From Cenococcum geophilum (taxonomy: Eukaryota), in contig CP158635.1 in assembly GCA_050273025.1 (NCBI GenBank), forward strand, positions 25,792,001-25,856,000: a stretch of DNA of 64,000 nt, in the 5' to 3' direction. Positions 1-14,029 of this stretch are shown here, piece after piece (position 1 is the first letter of the stretch; each line of letters starts with the position of its first letter). The position numbers were made by a program, and so were the translations under genes. The notes below the pieces were generated by a model. That model was given only the letters and a program-made list of their open reading frames with translations, was not told the origin of the DNA and did not search any database.

Positions 1-3000
1 AAGATAGCTTGGAGGCATAAACGTAATATCTACTGCTACTTGTTACCACAAGGTAGACTCCCACATAGGGTATATCACTTCTTCTTACTGTCCTAGCTAT
101 TACTCCTAGTATTATAAACACAACTTAATATGCTATAATATCTAATCCTATAGCCCTGGCTACCAATATTAATTTAAGACCCTCTAATACGTTCCCTCTT
201 ATTTATAATATCCGCTTTAATTATAAAGGCTTTTAATAATCTCCTGCTAAGTGTCCTTATTATTAACTACCCTTTATATTAGTACATTTTTTAACTACCG
301 GCGGAAGAGCTGTTAATTACGCACTAGGAACTTCAGCGTATATTATTTAAACTTTTTAAACTCCTTAGTATTTATCTCTTTTGGATATTATAAGGTTACT
401 AGCTACTTCGCAATCTTCTAAGATTCCTCTAAGTATAAGTCTTCTAATAGCAGACCCACTTCTATTTCAAGAGGGGCAGCTATATATTCTAAGGCACTTA
501 GTTTACAGTCAATAAACTCTTTAATATCCTTAGTCGGCTTATTAGGTCGTTCACTATTAGGTAGTTATTATAAAAGTCTATTAGCTAGGCTATTCTTCTT
601 CCCTAGTATATATCTAATATTAAAGTCTTATAGCTAGATCTATGCTAGCTATTTTATCATTAAGGCTCCGGGTAAATTAGTAGCAGTACAATTTAATTAT
701 ATAACTAGGGTATTCGCGTTTATCTCTACTATAAAGTAAACGCCGTATAGGTATACGCGACACTTCTTTAACGCATATAATAATGCCTAATATTTAAGCT
801 TTCCTAAGTTATATTTCTGCTCTGCCTAAGACTAGATGTCGCTTTTATATTAACACAGGTAACGATAATCTTACACATCTAGTTATATAAGGCCGCACCC
901 CTATCTATTCTTATATCTATTAACGGCGAGAATAATTAGCCTAGCCCCTTTACTATAATCTAGCTAAACTAATATAGGTGTAGTAGTGACTATATACTTT
1001 AGAGTCTTTATAGCGGCTATCTGCTCTATGCCCTATACAAACAGAATGTTCACTTATAGTAGTTAGAAGATTGGCTCTACCTTAATTACGAAGTCTTTTA
1101 CCTATATTTAGTAATATATAACAACTCCTAAGAACGCTTAGGCTAACGTAACGTCTTCGCAGTCTTTTTAGTAAATAATCTTTATAACCTTTAACTCTTC
1201 TAGATATCATCCTTTTCTATTATAGTAGTAGCCAACTACTATAATCTTATCTTTGCAGAAATAAGACTTTACGCCTAAGATTATATACCTAGCTCGTTCC
1301 AAATCTGCAAGTACTTTATCCAGCCATATAATATATTCTAGAATATATCTACGCATACCTAGAAGGCTCTCCTCCTCATTATATACTGTCTATAGGCCTT
1401 TTACTATAATATTATCTAGAAATAGTAGGGTATAGTATGGGATATGTTGTTCTAAGATCTTAGTAATTATCTGTATAAACTAGGCTACGAAATTCGTGCC
1501 TCTTATAGGTACCGTCATTTATTATAGAAGTCCTAGAGGTGTTATAAAAGCCATTAGGTTCCAGCTTTCTATATCTAGCTCTAATTAGTTATAGCCTAAG
1601 AAGAAGTTTACTAGAGACATAACCTTATACCCTATAAACTCCTTAAAAAATTCATTAGTATATAGCGGCAGATTTACATCCCTAATAGTTACTTAGTTAA
1701 TATTCATCGCCGCGTTAATTAGTTGGTACTTATTACGTTCTTTCTTACTTATAAAAAACTATAGATTCCTATATAGGCTTTTGCAATATTCTAGAGTCCC
1801 TTAAGCTAGTTATTCTTATAACATATTTATTACTTCTCCTTATAGGGCCCTAGGTACTAGAAAGTTTAGTACTTACTATACTTTATACAGCACGGTTTTA
1901 ATCTTTAGTAGTGGAGTTACGTCTCTGCTAACGCAACCTATCTTAGAGAACTCCTATACTAGAGCCTCTTCTCGGTTAAATAATATAGCCTTAAGAATCT
2001 CTTATTCTCTTGGCTAAATATCTCCTATAATTATACGCTCTAATTATTCTAGCTTTAGTCGTATACTATAGGCCAGCTTAGTATATCGCGGCTTAAAAAA
2101 ATAATTATATAGTTTAAGAGGTAATTCTTAGATAGACGCCTTCTATTAATATAAGGCTACCTCTCACTATTTTACTATGCCTCCTATAACTGTTCTATCT
2201 GGTGTTAATAAATTAACTAGGTAGACCTTATCTGCCTTCCATTTATATACAGTTGCTATATTTATAGCGCTTAGTTAGGCCTTACTTTAGCAGCTTTCTA
2301 TTCACATTATAAATAGATCCGTTATCTTTAACATTTAATATATAAGGGATTTAGCTTTTGCTTCAAATACTAGCTTTTAATTCTTTCTTAAGTGTTTCTT
2401 TAGGACTTCCTTTAACGTTTTACTATTAAGCTCTCTCTATCCAATGTTATACTCCTCTCCCTACTAATAGCTCTATTTAGCGGATATCTAAAACGGTATA
2501 TATCTGTGTTAGAGCCGTACCTTATTTCCCTCCTCTTTATTCTTAATATCCTCCTTATCCTAATACGCTAGGTTATAAGTAACCCTAGATACAATCTTAG
2601 CGGTTATACCGGCTATACGTTTTTTAAACTGTTTTCTATACTAATACCTTTATTTAGTTTAAAAAACATCGTATCCTTATAAGATGTTAAGAACCTTATT
2701 TCGACTCTACTATCTTCTAATTAAATAATATAAGATACCTAACCTATTATAGTTTGTTTTGTTGCTAGTCTAGCCCTTACCAACTATAGCTTACTAAGTA
2801 TCACCTTATATAACATTTCCCTTATAACAATAAACGTTATAGATATTAAGACGTTACCTATTACTATAGGGACTGTATGCACTAGCCCAATAAATTTAGA
2901 CTAAGTTCTATTTACAGACGTCAAACGTATACCTTATAACTATAAAGGCAGACTTAATATTAGTAGGCTGTGTTATAGGGCTACGCTTTCCTTAATTAGG

Positions 3001-5967
3001 TTAAGCTTAGCTCCAAAGTCAATTAGGTATTTAGCCCTTCCGTCTCCTATCTGCGCTTCTACCTTTAGGCACCACCTTTAAAACCGGACAAATCCTACTT
3101 CTTATTCGATCTAGTCCACTTCGGCAGTTATTAGGCCGGCTTAATTAGTATAAAACGTTAGGTATACTAACAACACGGATACCTTAACGTCCTCCTACTT
3201 CTGTCGGTAAGGCTCCGCAAGGGGTAGTGGGAGAGGCTTAAAGAATAGCCTTGCGACCTTAGGCATGTATATAAGGCAGTTACTAATAGTAACTTCAATG
3301 GTTTTTAATAAGATCTTGTCCGCCATCACAGTTGGGCTTAAGACGTTTTCTTTTAGTATATCTATTATCCTAACTAGCTTTGGTCGTAATGCTTTAACTA
3401 TTATTATTATATTTACTATTTACTCCGTCTATCCTAGCTATTTAGTATAATTTATTTCATCACCCCTATTACTGCTTAACGGTAGTAGAGGAGCCTGCTA
3501 CTAGGGCCGTGGTGTAATTTAAATATGTCCTCCTAGTTATATATTTTAAACCGTTGCCGGTTACGGACCAGATAGTTTTAGAGGCTATTTTATTACCCTT
3601 ACGGTCTCCTAAGATTATATACCCACGGCGTAGGCTGCAACTAAGTTGCGGCCCCTACCAAATTAATATATATTAACTTTACTTGGTATATATCTTCCTA
3701 GGACTTACTAAGTTCCTCTTTACTTTTAGTATTACTACCCTCTATAAGCTTTACGGAAGTTGCCTTTAGTTAGATACCTGTCGCTAGCGTATTAGGATTA
3801 ATATTTATATTCTGCCTTAGCTAGTCTTTAAGGAACTAGATCTAATTGTTGCTCGGTAAATATAGAATTGTATTTCTTAGGCGCTTATATATTCTAGCGC
3901 ATATTTAGTTGTTTTTATTTATATATAGGAAACCATAACAAACTAACTCTTTAAGCTCTAGACACTAATTAATAAAATAGTGGGCACCCCCGTATCTATA
4001 ATATATCTAATTTTATATCTAGTATGCGCTAAAGTTCCCTAGCCCTCTATACCTTCCTAGGCCCGGCTTATATCATTCTTATAGCGCTCCCTTATAGGGC
4101 GGCTACGGTCTATTATTACCTAGTGCTAGTTATGGGTCTATTTGTTCTTAATGTATTAACGCCCTATTTAGGAGCTATATATACCATATTAGATCCTAGC
4201 GAATCCTGTTTAGAAACGGCATTAAAAATATAATGCCTGCTAATTTAACTATCCTAAGATTAAGCTTCTGGAGTTAATTAGTAAGTTTCTCTAGTTTAGG
4301 GTCTGTTTCCTAAGTTATTTAATAGGTATTTACCGACTCGCTTAGCTAAGAGACTATAGGTGGTTAAAGGGTAGCATCTCTTTAGTTTATTATAGCTGGT
4401 TGCTAATTATAAAATTATTTAACTAGCTAACAAAGGCCTTATTTCTTAGGATTTATTATTAATAACTAATTAGCGCCTTTATGCGAATTAAGCCTGTCTT
4501 CTACAGCTCTTCTTAGTAGGTAGAAGTTAAAAGACTCTCGCCTATTAGGGTTGGCTCCTATTTTAGTTATTATATATCTTTAGTATTTAAATAGGAGTCC
4601 TCTTGCGAACTAGTACCCTCGTTCGCAGTTTTCCAAATTGCCAGCCTTAGTAACCTTCTAGGAGATTAATGTAAACTGCCTACAGCATTCGCGTATACTG
4701 CTAGGTGGATTGTTTCTATATTATAGTATATAAGCTTCCAAGAATTCTACTATTTTAACTTGTTAAAAATAGTTACTTCCTTAGTAGTCTATCCTAAGCT
4801 TTCCTATAAGTTCTATCTAGTTACTAATAGCAAACTTAGGTAGACTTTAGATCTATATCCCTATCTAATAGTCGTAATACTCCAGAAGTCCTTAATACTT
4901 TTCGTTGTCCGTAATATAGTGCTGGATATATAGCCGCTTATACTGCTTAATAAATTGCGATATGTTTTGTCCTATAAAGTAAGGGGTCCTAGGGGTTTCC
5001 GGAGCCGGTATAGGCTAGGCTATAATATACACCTTATCTTATTCCATTAGTAGTCTAGTAGGAGGTAGCGGACTTATAGTTTCTCTAGGGATAGGTAGGT
5101 GGACCTTATAACCCTTATCCTCTATCTATTAAGGGTTGTTGGTCCCTAATATTACAGGAGTTAGGGTTAATATCGCATGCCCTAGTTTAGGAGAGCTTTG
5201 CGGTTTAATAGGCTGCTTACTTTCCTCTCCCTTTTTAGCGCCCTTACCGTCGTTATAGAATAGGCCTAATATTCCTAACAATCCCTTTGCTGGTACTGTC
5301 GCCATTGTTATAAATTTAAAGGTAGCTCCGATAAATATAAGAATAATAGTATAAACTATTGCAAATATAGTAAATAAAATATAAAAGATTTTTCTCTGCT
5401 ATTCCTGGTGTGCTATAGTCCTTTTTTTTATCCTTTATCTTACTATACTACGTACCCGCCTCCTTGTCGCTGCTTGCCGACTACTATTCCCGCATAGAGA
5501 ACTTAGTAAGTGTTATTGGTTCATTCTTTATAGCGGTGGCTGCGTATAGGTTGCTAATATACCCGTACTTCTTTATCTTAGTCGTTCTATCGTAGTTCTA
5601 GATCGTTCCTATACGTCTCCTGTATATAAAGCACCAGACTTCTAATCTAAAGAGCTTGCCGTCATCCCTATGTGGAATGCTATAAAATATATAGGAGGGT
5701 ACGACCTCTCTAAGATAGGAAAGTTATAGTGCTGTTAGTTAGTCTATCAGTCGGTCTGTTGGTCGGTTATAATTAGTTAGAATTAAGCAGTAAGAAGAGA
5801 AAGAAAAGAGTGTATTTAAGGAAAGTTGTGTATCTGTTGGTGTCGCCTAAGTTATTAAAGACTCTGAGGGCTTTAGACCGATCTATATAACTTGTGGAAG
5901 GCTTGGGCTCTCCTAAAGCTATGCCTAATCTAGATATTAAATCTAGGGGCTAAATTACACCACTATA
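1..5967 (-). mobile_element. Ty3/Gypsy LTR retrotransposon, RIP-degraded, running off the left window edge
   Basis: Minus-strand motifs: aspartic protease LIDFGAxLN at ~3000-3027, RT FLD(N/D)I at ~1408-1422, RNase H IILAV(D) at ~915-940. This protease-RT-RNase H order is Gypsy-type. Probable gag ATG at ~5305; 5' LTR at 5690-5967. Many TAA/TAG stops. Confidence 0.85.
5690..5967 (-). repeat. 5' LTR of the Gypsy element (RIP-mutated)
   Basis: Aligns end to end with the solo LTR at 13239-13528, differing mostly by CA>TA and TG>TA changes. Termini TATAGG...CTATA correspond to TGTGGG...CCACA. Confidence 0.9.
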
Positions 5968-7000
5968 CTACTTCTTGCTTTTTTTTAGTTTACTTTTACT
6001 GCTGGCCTTATACGGCGTTAGGACTTACTAGCTGTTTTTTATACTACGTCTATTGCGTTTAAGCGCCTTAGATTTAATAGCTAGCGGTGTATTATTAGTA
6101 GCAGCGACTTAGGAGTTTAAGCTAGGAGGTAAGAGTAATGCTATAAGCACGGCCTTCTTTATAATATTTTGCGCTATTTCGCTAAGAGCTGTAATAAGTA
6201 TGCCCTTTAACCGTATTATAAGGTTTTTATATCTCTATAGTAATATATAGATATTCTTTTTAAGTAAACTATCGATGTTAAGCTTTATATAGGCTTATAG
6301 TTCCTCCTATAGCTTACCTAGAGCTATATATAGGTTTCCGCTTATTAAATATAAGACTTAAACGACCCTAACTATTAACCTACCCGTTAAGCCTATAGAT
6401 TAAATTTTAATCTTAATATCTCCTATATTAATTACGTTGCTTACTACTAGGGTTACTAGCTAAGGCGAAGGGATACTATATAGTAGGGTTATAGTAACGT
6501 CTATAGGCTGTGTTATATATAGTAGCTAAGGTGGCGTTGTCTTATTTCATGCTTTAGTCTTTAGGGGTAATATATATTTACGCAGAGCATACCTACTCTT
6601 AGAGGTACTTAGTACCCTCCTTACGCGATTAGAATGAGCACTTCTTATAATTTTTAGAATTACCTATAGTTTCTAATCTGGTGAAGTATTAGTAAATTAT
6701 AGGAGTTACTTATAAAACTCCTTAACGTGCCCTTCTTTTATTATTATAAAGTTGCCGCGATATATTATATGCTTAGGCTTAACTTTAATTATAACATCTT
6801 TAACCTTCTCTTTTAGTCTATTATAGTTTTTAATACTTATTTTAAAGCCTTAGGTAATATCTGCATCTTTAGTCGGCTTTAGATTCGCCTTATACTACGC
6901 GTCTAGCTTTGCCTATAGTTGCGCTATTATTAAGTTACTTATTTAGTTAGGTATATATAATACTACGGCATATATTAAGTAGAAGGTGACTATTAAAGTA
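5968..7000 (-). pseudogene. RIP-degraded coding-like sequence of unknown product, cut by the Gypsy insertion
   Basis: Coding-like composition, preceded on the minus strand by a pyrimidine-rich UTR-like tract (purine-rich on + at ~7070-7130). No recognisable motif; strand and limits are inferred. Confidence 0.3.
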
Positions 7001-7395
7001 GGAGGGCTTTATATAGTAGCTAGCTAGCGCTATACTAGTATAACTTTAGTATTAGACGTAGTTAGAGGTTAGTTATAAGAGAGATAAAAGGTAGAGTAAG
7101 TAAAGTTAATTAAGAAGAGGTAAAGAGGTAGATCTTATAATTGCCTATATATGCCCGTATAGAGGTAAAATTAGCTATAGTTTACTACTACTAGTTAGGG
7201 TAAATACGGCTAGACTTAGTACTATATAGTTAAATAAGGGCATAATTGTATAACTTATAGGGACTACCCTACCTAGCCTATTTAGGGCTAAGTGGCGGTT
7301 TAATACTACTAGACTTTTATAGTTTTTAATATAAGCAATTTATTAAGTGCCTATAAAGGGGTAACTAGTTATTATAGCATAGTAGATTATAGGAG

Positions 7396-7722
7396 GTTGT
7401 GGGCGTTACTATATTTCTTATTATTATATAAAGTTGGTATATATACGCGCCGCTAGAGTTAGAGGGCTAGCCTACGTCTATATATGCGGGCTTTATCACT
7501 ATAAAGTGTTTACTATATAATAGGTAGTATTTCTAATAGATGGTAACGTATTGCACTTATTATAGGCGTTACTATATTTCTTATTATTGTATAAAGTTAG
7601 TAGATATATACGCTACTAGAGTTAAAGGGCTAGCCTATATCTATACGTGCGGACTCTATTACTATAAAGTACTTAGTATATAATAGGTAGTACTTCTAGT
7701 AGACAGCAACGTATTATACTTA
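7396..7722. repeat. Tandem duplication, 2 x ~163 bp
   Basis: GGCGTTACTATATTTCTTATTATT starts at both 7402 and 7565. The two units align along their length with RIP-type differences. Confidence 0.9.
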
Positions 7723-8399
7723 CTTTATAATTACTAGTATTATTATTATACTATATAGCATTTAAGGGCCTACTAGATAAGTCTATTTAGAATAATAATT
7801 ATCTAGTACGCGGGATTTATGTCTGTATATAAATATCTAGTGCTTATTTAAATATATATCTACTATAAAAGGTAGTAGGAGGTTTTATATCTTATATTAT
7901 AAGTTTATATAATTAATAGCATTTTGCGGTATTTTATAGCATTTTAGGGCATTTTAGAATAGTAAATATATTATATATACTAGTATCCAGCCACTTAGCA
8001 ATATTAACTTATCTTACTATTTATCTATTTAGTGTTATATAAGACGTTAGTATTCTACTATAGTATTTATTATATTAAAGTCTCTTAAATTTAATATCTT
8101 TATTTTAGATCTGTTTAGAACTATATATAGTTTTATAATATCCCACTCCCTACCTAATACTCTAGTAAGAGATTATTTAGTTAATAATGCCTTTTCTCTT
8201 ACTAATTAAGGGAGGAAAAGACTTATACTTTCTAGTAGTGGTAAGCTATACTTATTAGTAACATTTTTAACGGATTACGGTATTTAAGTTTCTGTTTATC
8301 TATAACATAATTAACCTACCTATAGTAAAGTACTTTTACTTTACTACTTACTTCTCTTTTCTCTTACCCTTTTATATATCTATATACTTATATTATAAA

Positions 8400-11300
8400 C
8401 TATAAGAGCTTAATAGTGCTAGACTATTGCCTGGCCTATATTAAGAGATAGGCTAGGTAGAGTAGTCCCTGTAACTTATACTATACCGCGTCTTCCTCTA
8501 TAGGTTAGTCTTATTACTATAGATTTACCCTTATACACGTTTAACCTATAGAGTGTATAACTATATGCTTTACCGCTAAGGCCTTACTTATACAATTTTA
8601 TTAGGGCGTGCTTTATTTTTTTACCTTTACTAGTTAACCTAACTCTATTAACTACCTACCCTTACTCCTACCCTATTAGTATCTACCTCTATAACTAGTG
8701 CCTTTATAGATCTATCTAAGCTATAGAGCCTTATAATATAGTAAGTTAGCTACCTTATCTTTAGCCTTAGCTATATAATAAAGGGTTTATATTTACTAAT
8801 GCGTTTATATAAACTACCGCTTAATATAGCTTACTACTAAAATAGATCTACCTACTAATTATTTTATAACTTATAACATTAACTACGTCTATAACTATAA
8901 AAAGTTCGCTAAGGGCGTTATAGTTTTTAAAATTGCCTTAATTATAGCGATTATAGGCTTTAGTGTCTTATAAAGTAATAGTAAGGGCCCTATGCTTAAT
9001 AAGCCTCTTCTTCTAGAGCTTGGCAGTTTATACCTCTTAGCTAACGACGCTCTAAAATACTATCTCTATTTATTTACCGGCTATATACGCGCCGATTATC
9101 CTCTTAAGAAAGCCTTTTAACTTTATTACGGCTATAGTAAGGCTAGTTATCTTAAAGCTAACTACTTTAACCCTATATATAATAATTATAAGAAAGCCAG
9201 TTATCTTAAGAGCAACTATTTTAGTATAATATGCAACTAATATAATGCTATAGTCTATAGAAAGCGAGACTATCCTTAGCTATTAGGTAAGAAGAAGCGG
9301 ACTTACCTAAACTATAGCTCCCTAGACTATTAAACTGTCTTCTATAGTTAGGTATATAAGAACTATAGAGTTATAGGGTATAATATTAATAATTATATAA
9401 GTAGACCTACTTTAATTTAGGTAATAGACGCCGCAACTGCTCTAGGTAAGATATATATACTAGGTACTACCGCTTTAAGTATAGCTACTACCTCTCCGTC
9501 GCCTAAACCTCTTAATATAGCTGGCTTCTATTTATTAGTAAATAGCCTAGTAAATAATCTAGATACCTATATAGAGGATAGCAATTCCGTAATAGCCGAA
9601 CCTTTAAATATACTCTAGCTTCTAAATAACAACTACCTTATAGTTTAGTTTGTTATGCAAATTATTAAAGAGTATATTATAGTATGTAGCATTACGTTCT
9701 AGGTGTCTTACGAAACTAGTAAAATGCCTACTTATTATTTATATAAGATAGCGTCTATCCAATTTATAGATGCTAATATTATTAGTAATATTAAGGTTAA
9801 CACTACTAATACTACTTCTTTAGTTACTTAACGACTGTTATATCTAACTATACTTAAGTATCTTACTTATATTTTTCCGTAAGATACTATAACCCTATAA
9901 CTTTACTATATTAGGTTTGTTATTGCCTTTAATAAACTCATATTAGGTACGCGCACGTTACTTAGTAAGTACTTCTTTATTAATAGGGACTTTGGCCTAT
10001 TTACGCCGTAAATCTATAAAGCTTAGGATATGCTATTAAATAGTCCTATAGTTATTATCCACTTCTTTACGCTAGGTATTAAATGGCTTAATAGTTATAT
10101 CGCGAGCCTAAACGCAAGCTTATAACAGCAGAGCGTTAATAATCCTTTAGGTTATTAGTGGAAGAACTATAATATAAATGTCTAGCTTAGTATATAGCTC
10201 TTAGTAGAGGACCGACTATTATATAAAATCCCCGTAAGGTATTAGTTTAATAGCGTTCTTAAGTATTTTACGGTCTAGTTCTATACCATAGTTATAAGCC
10301 TTAAGGCTGTTAATTAGAACCCCTAGGTACCTACTATTATTTATTTTATTACCTTTTTAGGTAGAGCGGATTGAGTCTACTTGTCACGGAAGTGGGCACG
10401 AGCTGGAATACAATGTACTAAACAGGGTAGTAATTGAAGAAGGCTACGTACGCGTAACTATGCGTGGTTGATACAAAGACATTTGGATAAAGAAGAAGAT
10501 TCTTTATGTGCCAGGTCGGGTATAAATAGGGGTTGTAGGGGAACGTGCGTAGGTGTCTCGGGACGAACGTAAGCACGGGTTAAGAACGTCAAAACGCGCA
10601 GGGACGTGAGAGCGTGTGAGTCCCGTGACACTACTACGCTATTATCTAGATAGTTAATAGTCTTACCCTTTATACTAACTTTATTATTAATATCTTATTT
10701 CTAGGTAAAGACGTAGATAGCTAGGCCAGCTAGAAAGGAGTTATTATTAATACTACTCCCTTTAGCTCTGGCTATAACTACTATACTTTTGTCTTTTAAT
10801 TATAGGTGGGTTATAAGTTTATACTAAACCCTGTATTTACTCTAGAGTATATTCTAAGCAGTAATAACTTTATAATAGTTGGTAACCTAAGTAAGGCCCT
10901 AATTATGGTATAGGGCATTAAATGTCTTATAATTAAGCGTGTCTCTAAGATTAGAATCTCCTAAGAGATTAATACTCTACGCCACCTATAGTAAGGAGGC
11001 AATAGTTTCTATATTAAGCGCTAAATTACACTATTTAATAACTTTATAGATCTCCCGCGTATTAATTACTTTAACTGTAATATTGCTAAGTATAGGAAGA
11101 ACTTGGTTAATAATGCCCTTAAGGCTGTTTTACTGCTACTTAACAAAGAGCAAACGGGTGCCTATACTGCGCTTAAATATATAATAGGCGGTATTTTGCT
11201 AATATAAGGCCATAGTGGTGTTAGGAAATCAACCTTCCTAACTGTTTTAGTACGATACTAGTATTAACTTAGGTCGCCCTAGTAGGATCCTACTAGAATC

Positions 11301-13230
11301 TAGGTCCTATCGCCGCTTAATCGCTAACTAGATATACTAGCTAAGATAATTAATAATGCGCTTATAGAGGACTATAAGGCACTAATTGCGTAAGGCTATC
11401 CTACCAAATTTCCTATTGTCCTTCGCCGCTATATACGCTTAATGGAAACTAAGGTCTATAAGCGGGATGCCATTATATAGCGAATAGCGGTAGGTATTAA
11501 TACTCGTCCTAAGTATTTTAAGGAATAGAATAACTATGCTATAATTAATAAGGACGCGTCTATACTGAATATAGCATTCCTACTCTACCGTACGTTTAAG
11601 GCTAGTAATGCCACTAGCTTTAATAAGCGGTTATAGGTTATAGATTTGTCTAAAGGTTAGTAGTTATTACGCTTTATAGGTGTTTTAGATAGTAACGGAA
11701 ACCTATATCCTATTATAGACCCTAATACAACTAAATACGCCGAATTCCGCTAATACTTGTATTAATTTACGCTTAGTAATAATATAACGCAAGATAATAA
11801 GATAGGATTAATACTTATAGCTAATATAGTTATTACAAACCTAGCTAAGAAGGCTAATGTTATTTTTATAATACCTAATATAGTCTTATAGACTTATATA
11901 TATTCCATTAGCGCTATACGCGCAGTTTTCTATAACGAGGCTAGGAAGGTATCCGAGCTAAGTAATCTTACTAGGTTTACTTAGAGTAGACTATATTTAA
12001 TTTAAGGAGGTCTATAGATCTAGGCTAGCGACCCTATATCTTAGGTTCTTTTTAGTAATATATACTAACTAAAACTAATCCTTAGTCCCGATTTTAATGA
12101 TCCGTTCCACTATTAGAAATTTATCTCCCTCTATATATGTCTTTTTGCGGCTAGTGCGGATATAGTATAGTTCTTACTATAATATTAATTTGTTAAAGAT
12201 ATTATATATCTTATAAATACCGTCCTATTATATAGCCAGCTTTAGATAAGCCTAATAGTTAAAGACTAAGAGCAGTTAAAGCTAGCGGCGAGCTTTTTAA
12301 GGATATGCTGCGCTATGACCACCCTATTACCTTTCTCGCTATTAATGGTACTATATAGGTAAATAAGCTTAGCTAATTAACATATAACTTAGTCTATGCT
12401 TAACGCGTATTTTGGGTAGCTATAGCGCTAATAAACTTTAGATTTAAGCTATTAGAGGTTAGCCTTACCGTTTTATATATAGCCTAACTTACCGTCTACT
12501 CCGTAGCGCTATATGCGCTTAAAGAATAGTGTTACGCCTAATAAGATAGCAGCAAGTGGCGGGAATTTGCGCTAGTAGTTAGCGAGATTAAGGTTTTTAC
12601 CGTTAACGGCATCTAAGGCGGCTAGGTAGAGTTATTAGTGTATAATATAACAGTTGCTAGTCTGCTAAAATTTATTTAGAATACAGTAAGGAACCTTTTT
12701 ATAATTACTAAACTACGGGTAGGCCTTATTATTGTTAGTAGTCCCTAGGTAGTCTATAATTATTATACTAATAATAAGACCTTTACGAATACCGCGTATT
12801 ATAAAATTAAGAAGTGGTATAAGAATAATAAGGTATTTATTAACCTTAAGAATCTTTAGCGGAAAGAGCACTTCTAGCAACTTATCGCCCCGTTTAACGT
12901 TAATAAAACTATATAGTATATTTACCGCTAGCGTATAGCCAATTATACGCCTATTTCGTATAGCATGGACGTTAACTTTAATATTACTATCCCTAACTTC
13001 GCGGGTGTAGCAAATATTAGTAGTATTAGTAATTATACTAAAGCGTAGAACAAGGTTAATAAAGAGGGCGCTAATAATAACGGCTAGGGCGGTGCCGGTA
13101 ATAATAATAAGGATAATAACAATAGAGAGGATATTAGTGGCGTTAGAATATAAGGAGGGTAGTAAGGATAGATATTATAGACTTTACTAGTAGCGAGACC
13201 CTTAAATAGGGACACTAGATAGAAGTTAAG
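8400..13230 (+). pseudogene. RIP-inactivated superfamily-1 helicase (Upf1/DNA2/NAM7-like, AAA_11/AAA_12 type)
   Basis: De-RIPed motifs occur in the expected order: LNKEQ (~11140), Walker A LIQGHGGVGKST (~11199-11234), DEAG (~11933-11944), GDxxQLxP (~12054-12077), TVDGIQGG (~12599-12622), and a motif VI-like T..R..LIIVG (~12705-12740). A low-complexity G/N/D tail follows at ~13060-13200. Outer limits are approximate. Interrupted by a solo LTR. Confidence 0.8.
10382..10630. mobile_element. Solo LTR (249 bp) inserted in the helicase pseudogene
   Basis: TGTCACGG...CCGTGACA inverted termini; 5-bp TSD CTACT at 10377-10381 and 10631-10635; retains CA/TG dinucleotides. Confidence 0.92.
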
Positions 13231-13238
13231 AGCGGTAG

Positions 13239-13528
13239 TGTGGGAGGGTACGACCTCTCTAAGATAGGAAAGTCACAGTGCTGTCAGTCAGTCTGTCAGT
13301 CAGTCTGTCGGTCGGTCTGTCGGTCGGTCACAATCAGTCAGAATTAAGCAGTAAGAAGAGAAAGAAAAGAGTGTATTCAAGGAAAGTTGTGTGTCTGTCG
13401 GTGTCGCCTGAGTTGTTGAAGACTCTGAGGGCTCCAGACCGATCTATATAACTTGTGGAAGGCCTGGGCTCTCCCGAAGCTATGCCCAATCTAGATATTG
13501 AATCCAGGGGCCAAATCACACCACCACA
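13239..13528 (-). mobile_element. Solo LTR (290 bp) of the same Gypsy family as 1-5967
   Basis: TGTGG...CCACA termini; GTAG duplicated at 13235-13238 and 13529-13532; homologous to 5690-5967 but barely RIPed. Confidence 0.92.
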
Positions 13529-13705
13529 GTAGTAGCTATAGGCCTTTAACATTTATAATTTTGCTATAGCACTAGGTAAAATACGGCATATTATAACATT
13601 ATATATTATAGCTAAATACGATCTCTAAAATAGATAAGCGCATTATTGACCCGAGGTACGAGTGGTCTATATATTCGGGTTGGGGGTCCTGGAATTTAAA
13701 CTTCC

Positions 13706-13751
13706 GCCAAGCCAGCTTCTGATTGGTTGCCAAGCCAGCTTCTTATTGGTT
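13706..13751. repeat. 23-bp tandem repeat x2, each copy containing ATTGG (reverse CCAAT box)
   Basis: GCCAAGCCAGCTTCT(G/T)ATTGGTT at 13706 and 13729. Confidence 0.8.
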
Positions 13752-14029
13752 AAAAACAAAACTGCGCGCGGTAAGTTGTGGCAGAATCTACGTGACGAAC
13801 ATCAAAATATTATAAACGTTAAAATATCTTAGTATTGCATCTTAATAAGTTGTCTTATTAATATTATGAATATTAATATATAGAATTATAGAGGGCTTTA
13901 CATGCGTCTAATATATCTACTTTGCAGCCTCTTGCGGGCTGTATTGGGCAGAGGAGTAGCAATTGTAAGCTCTGCAGCTGTATAGAGGCCTGAAGCTTTG
14001 CGAGAGCTCCCTCAGGGGGAAGTACACGG

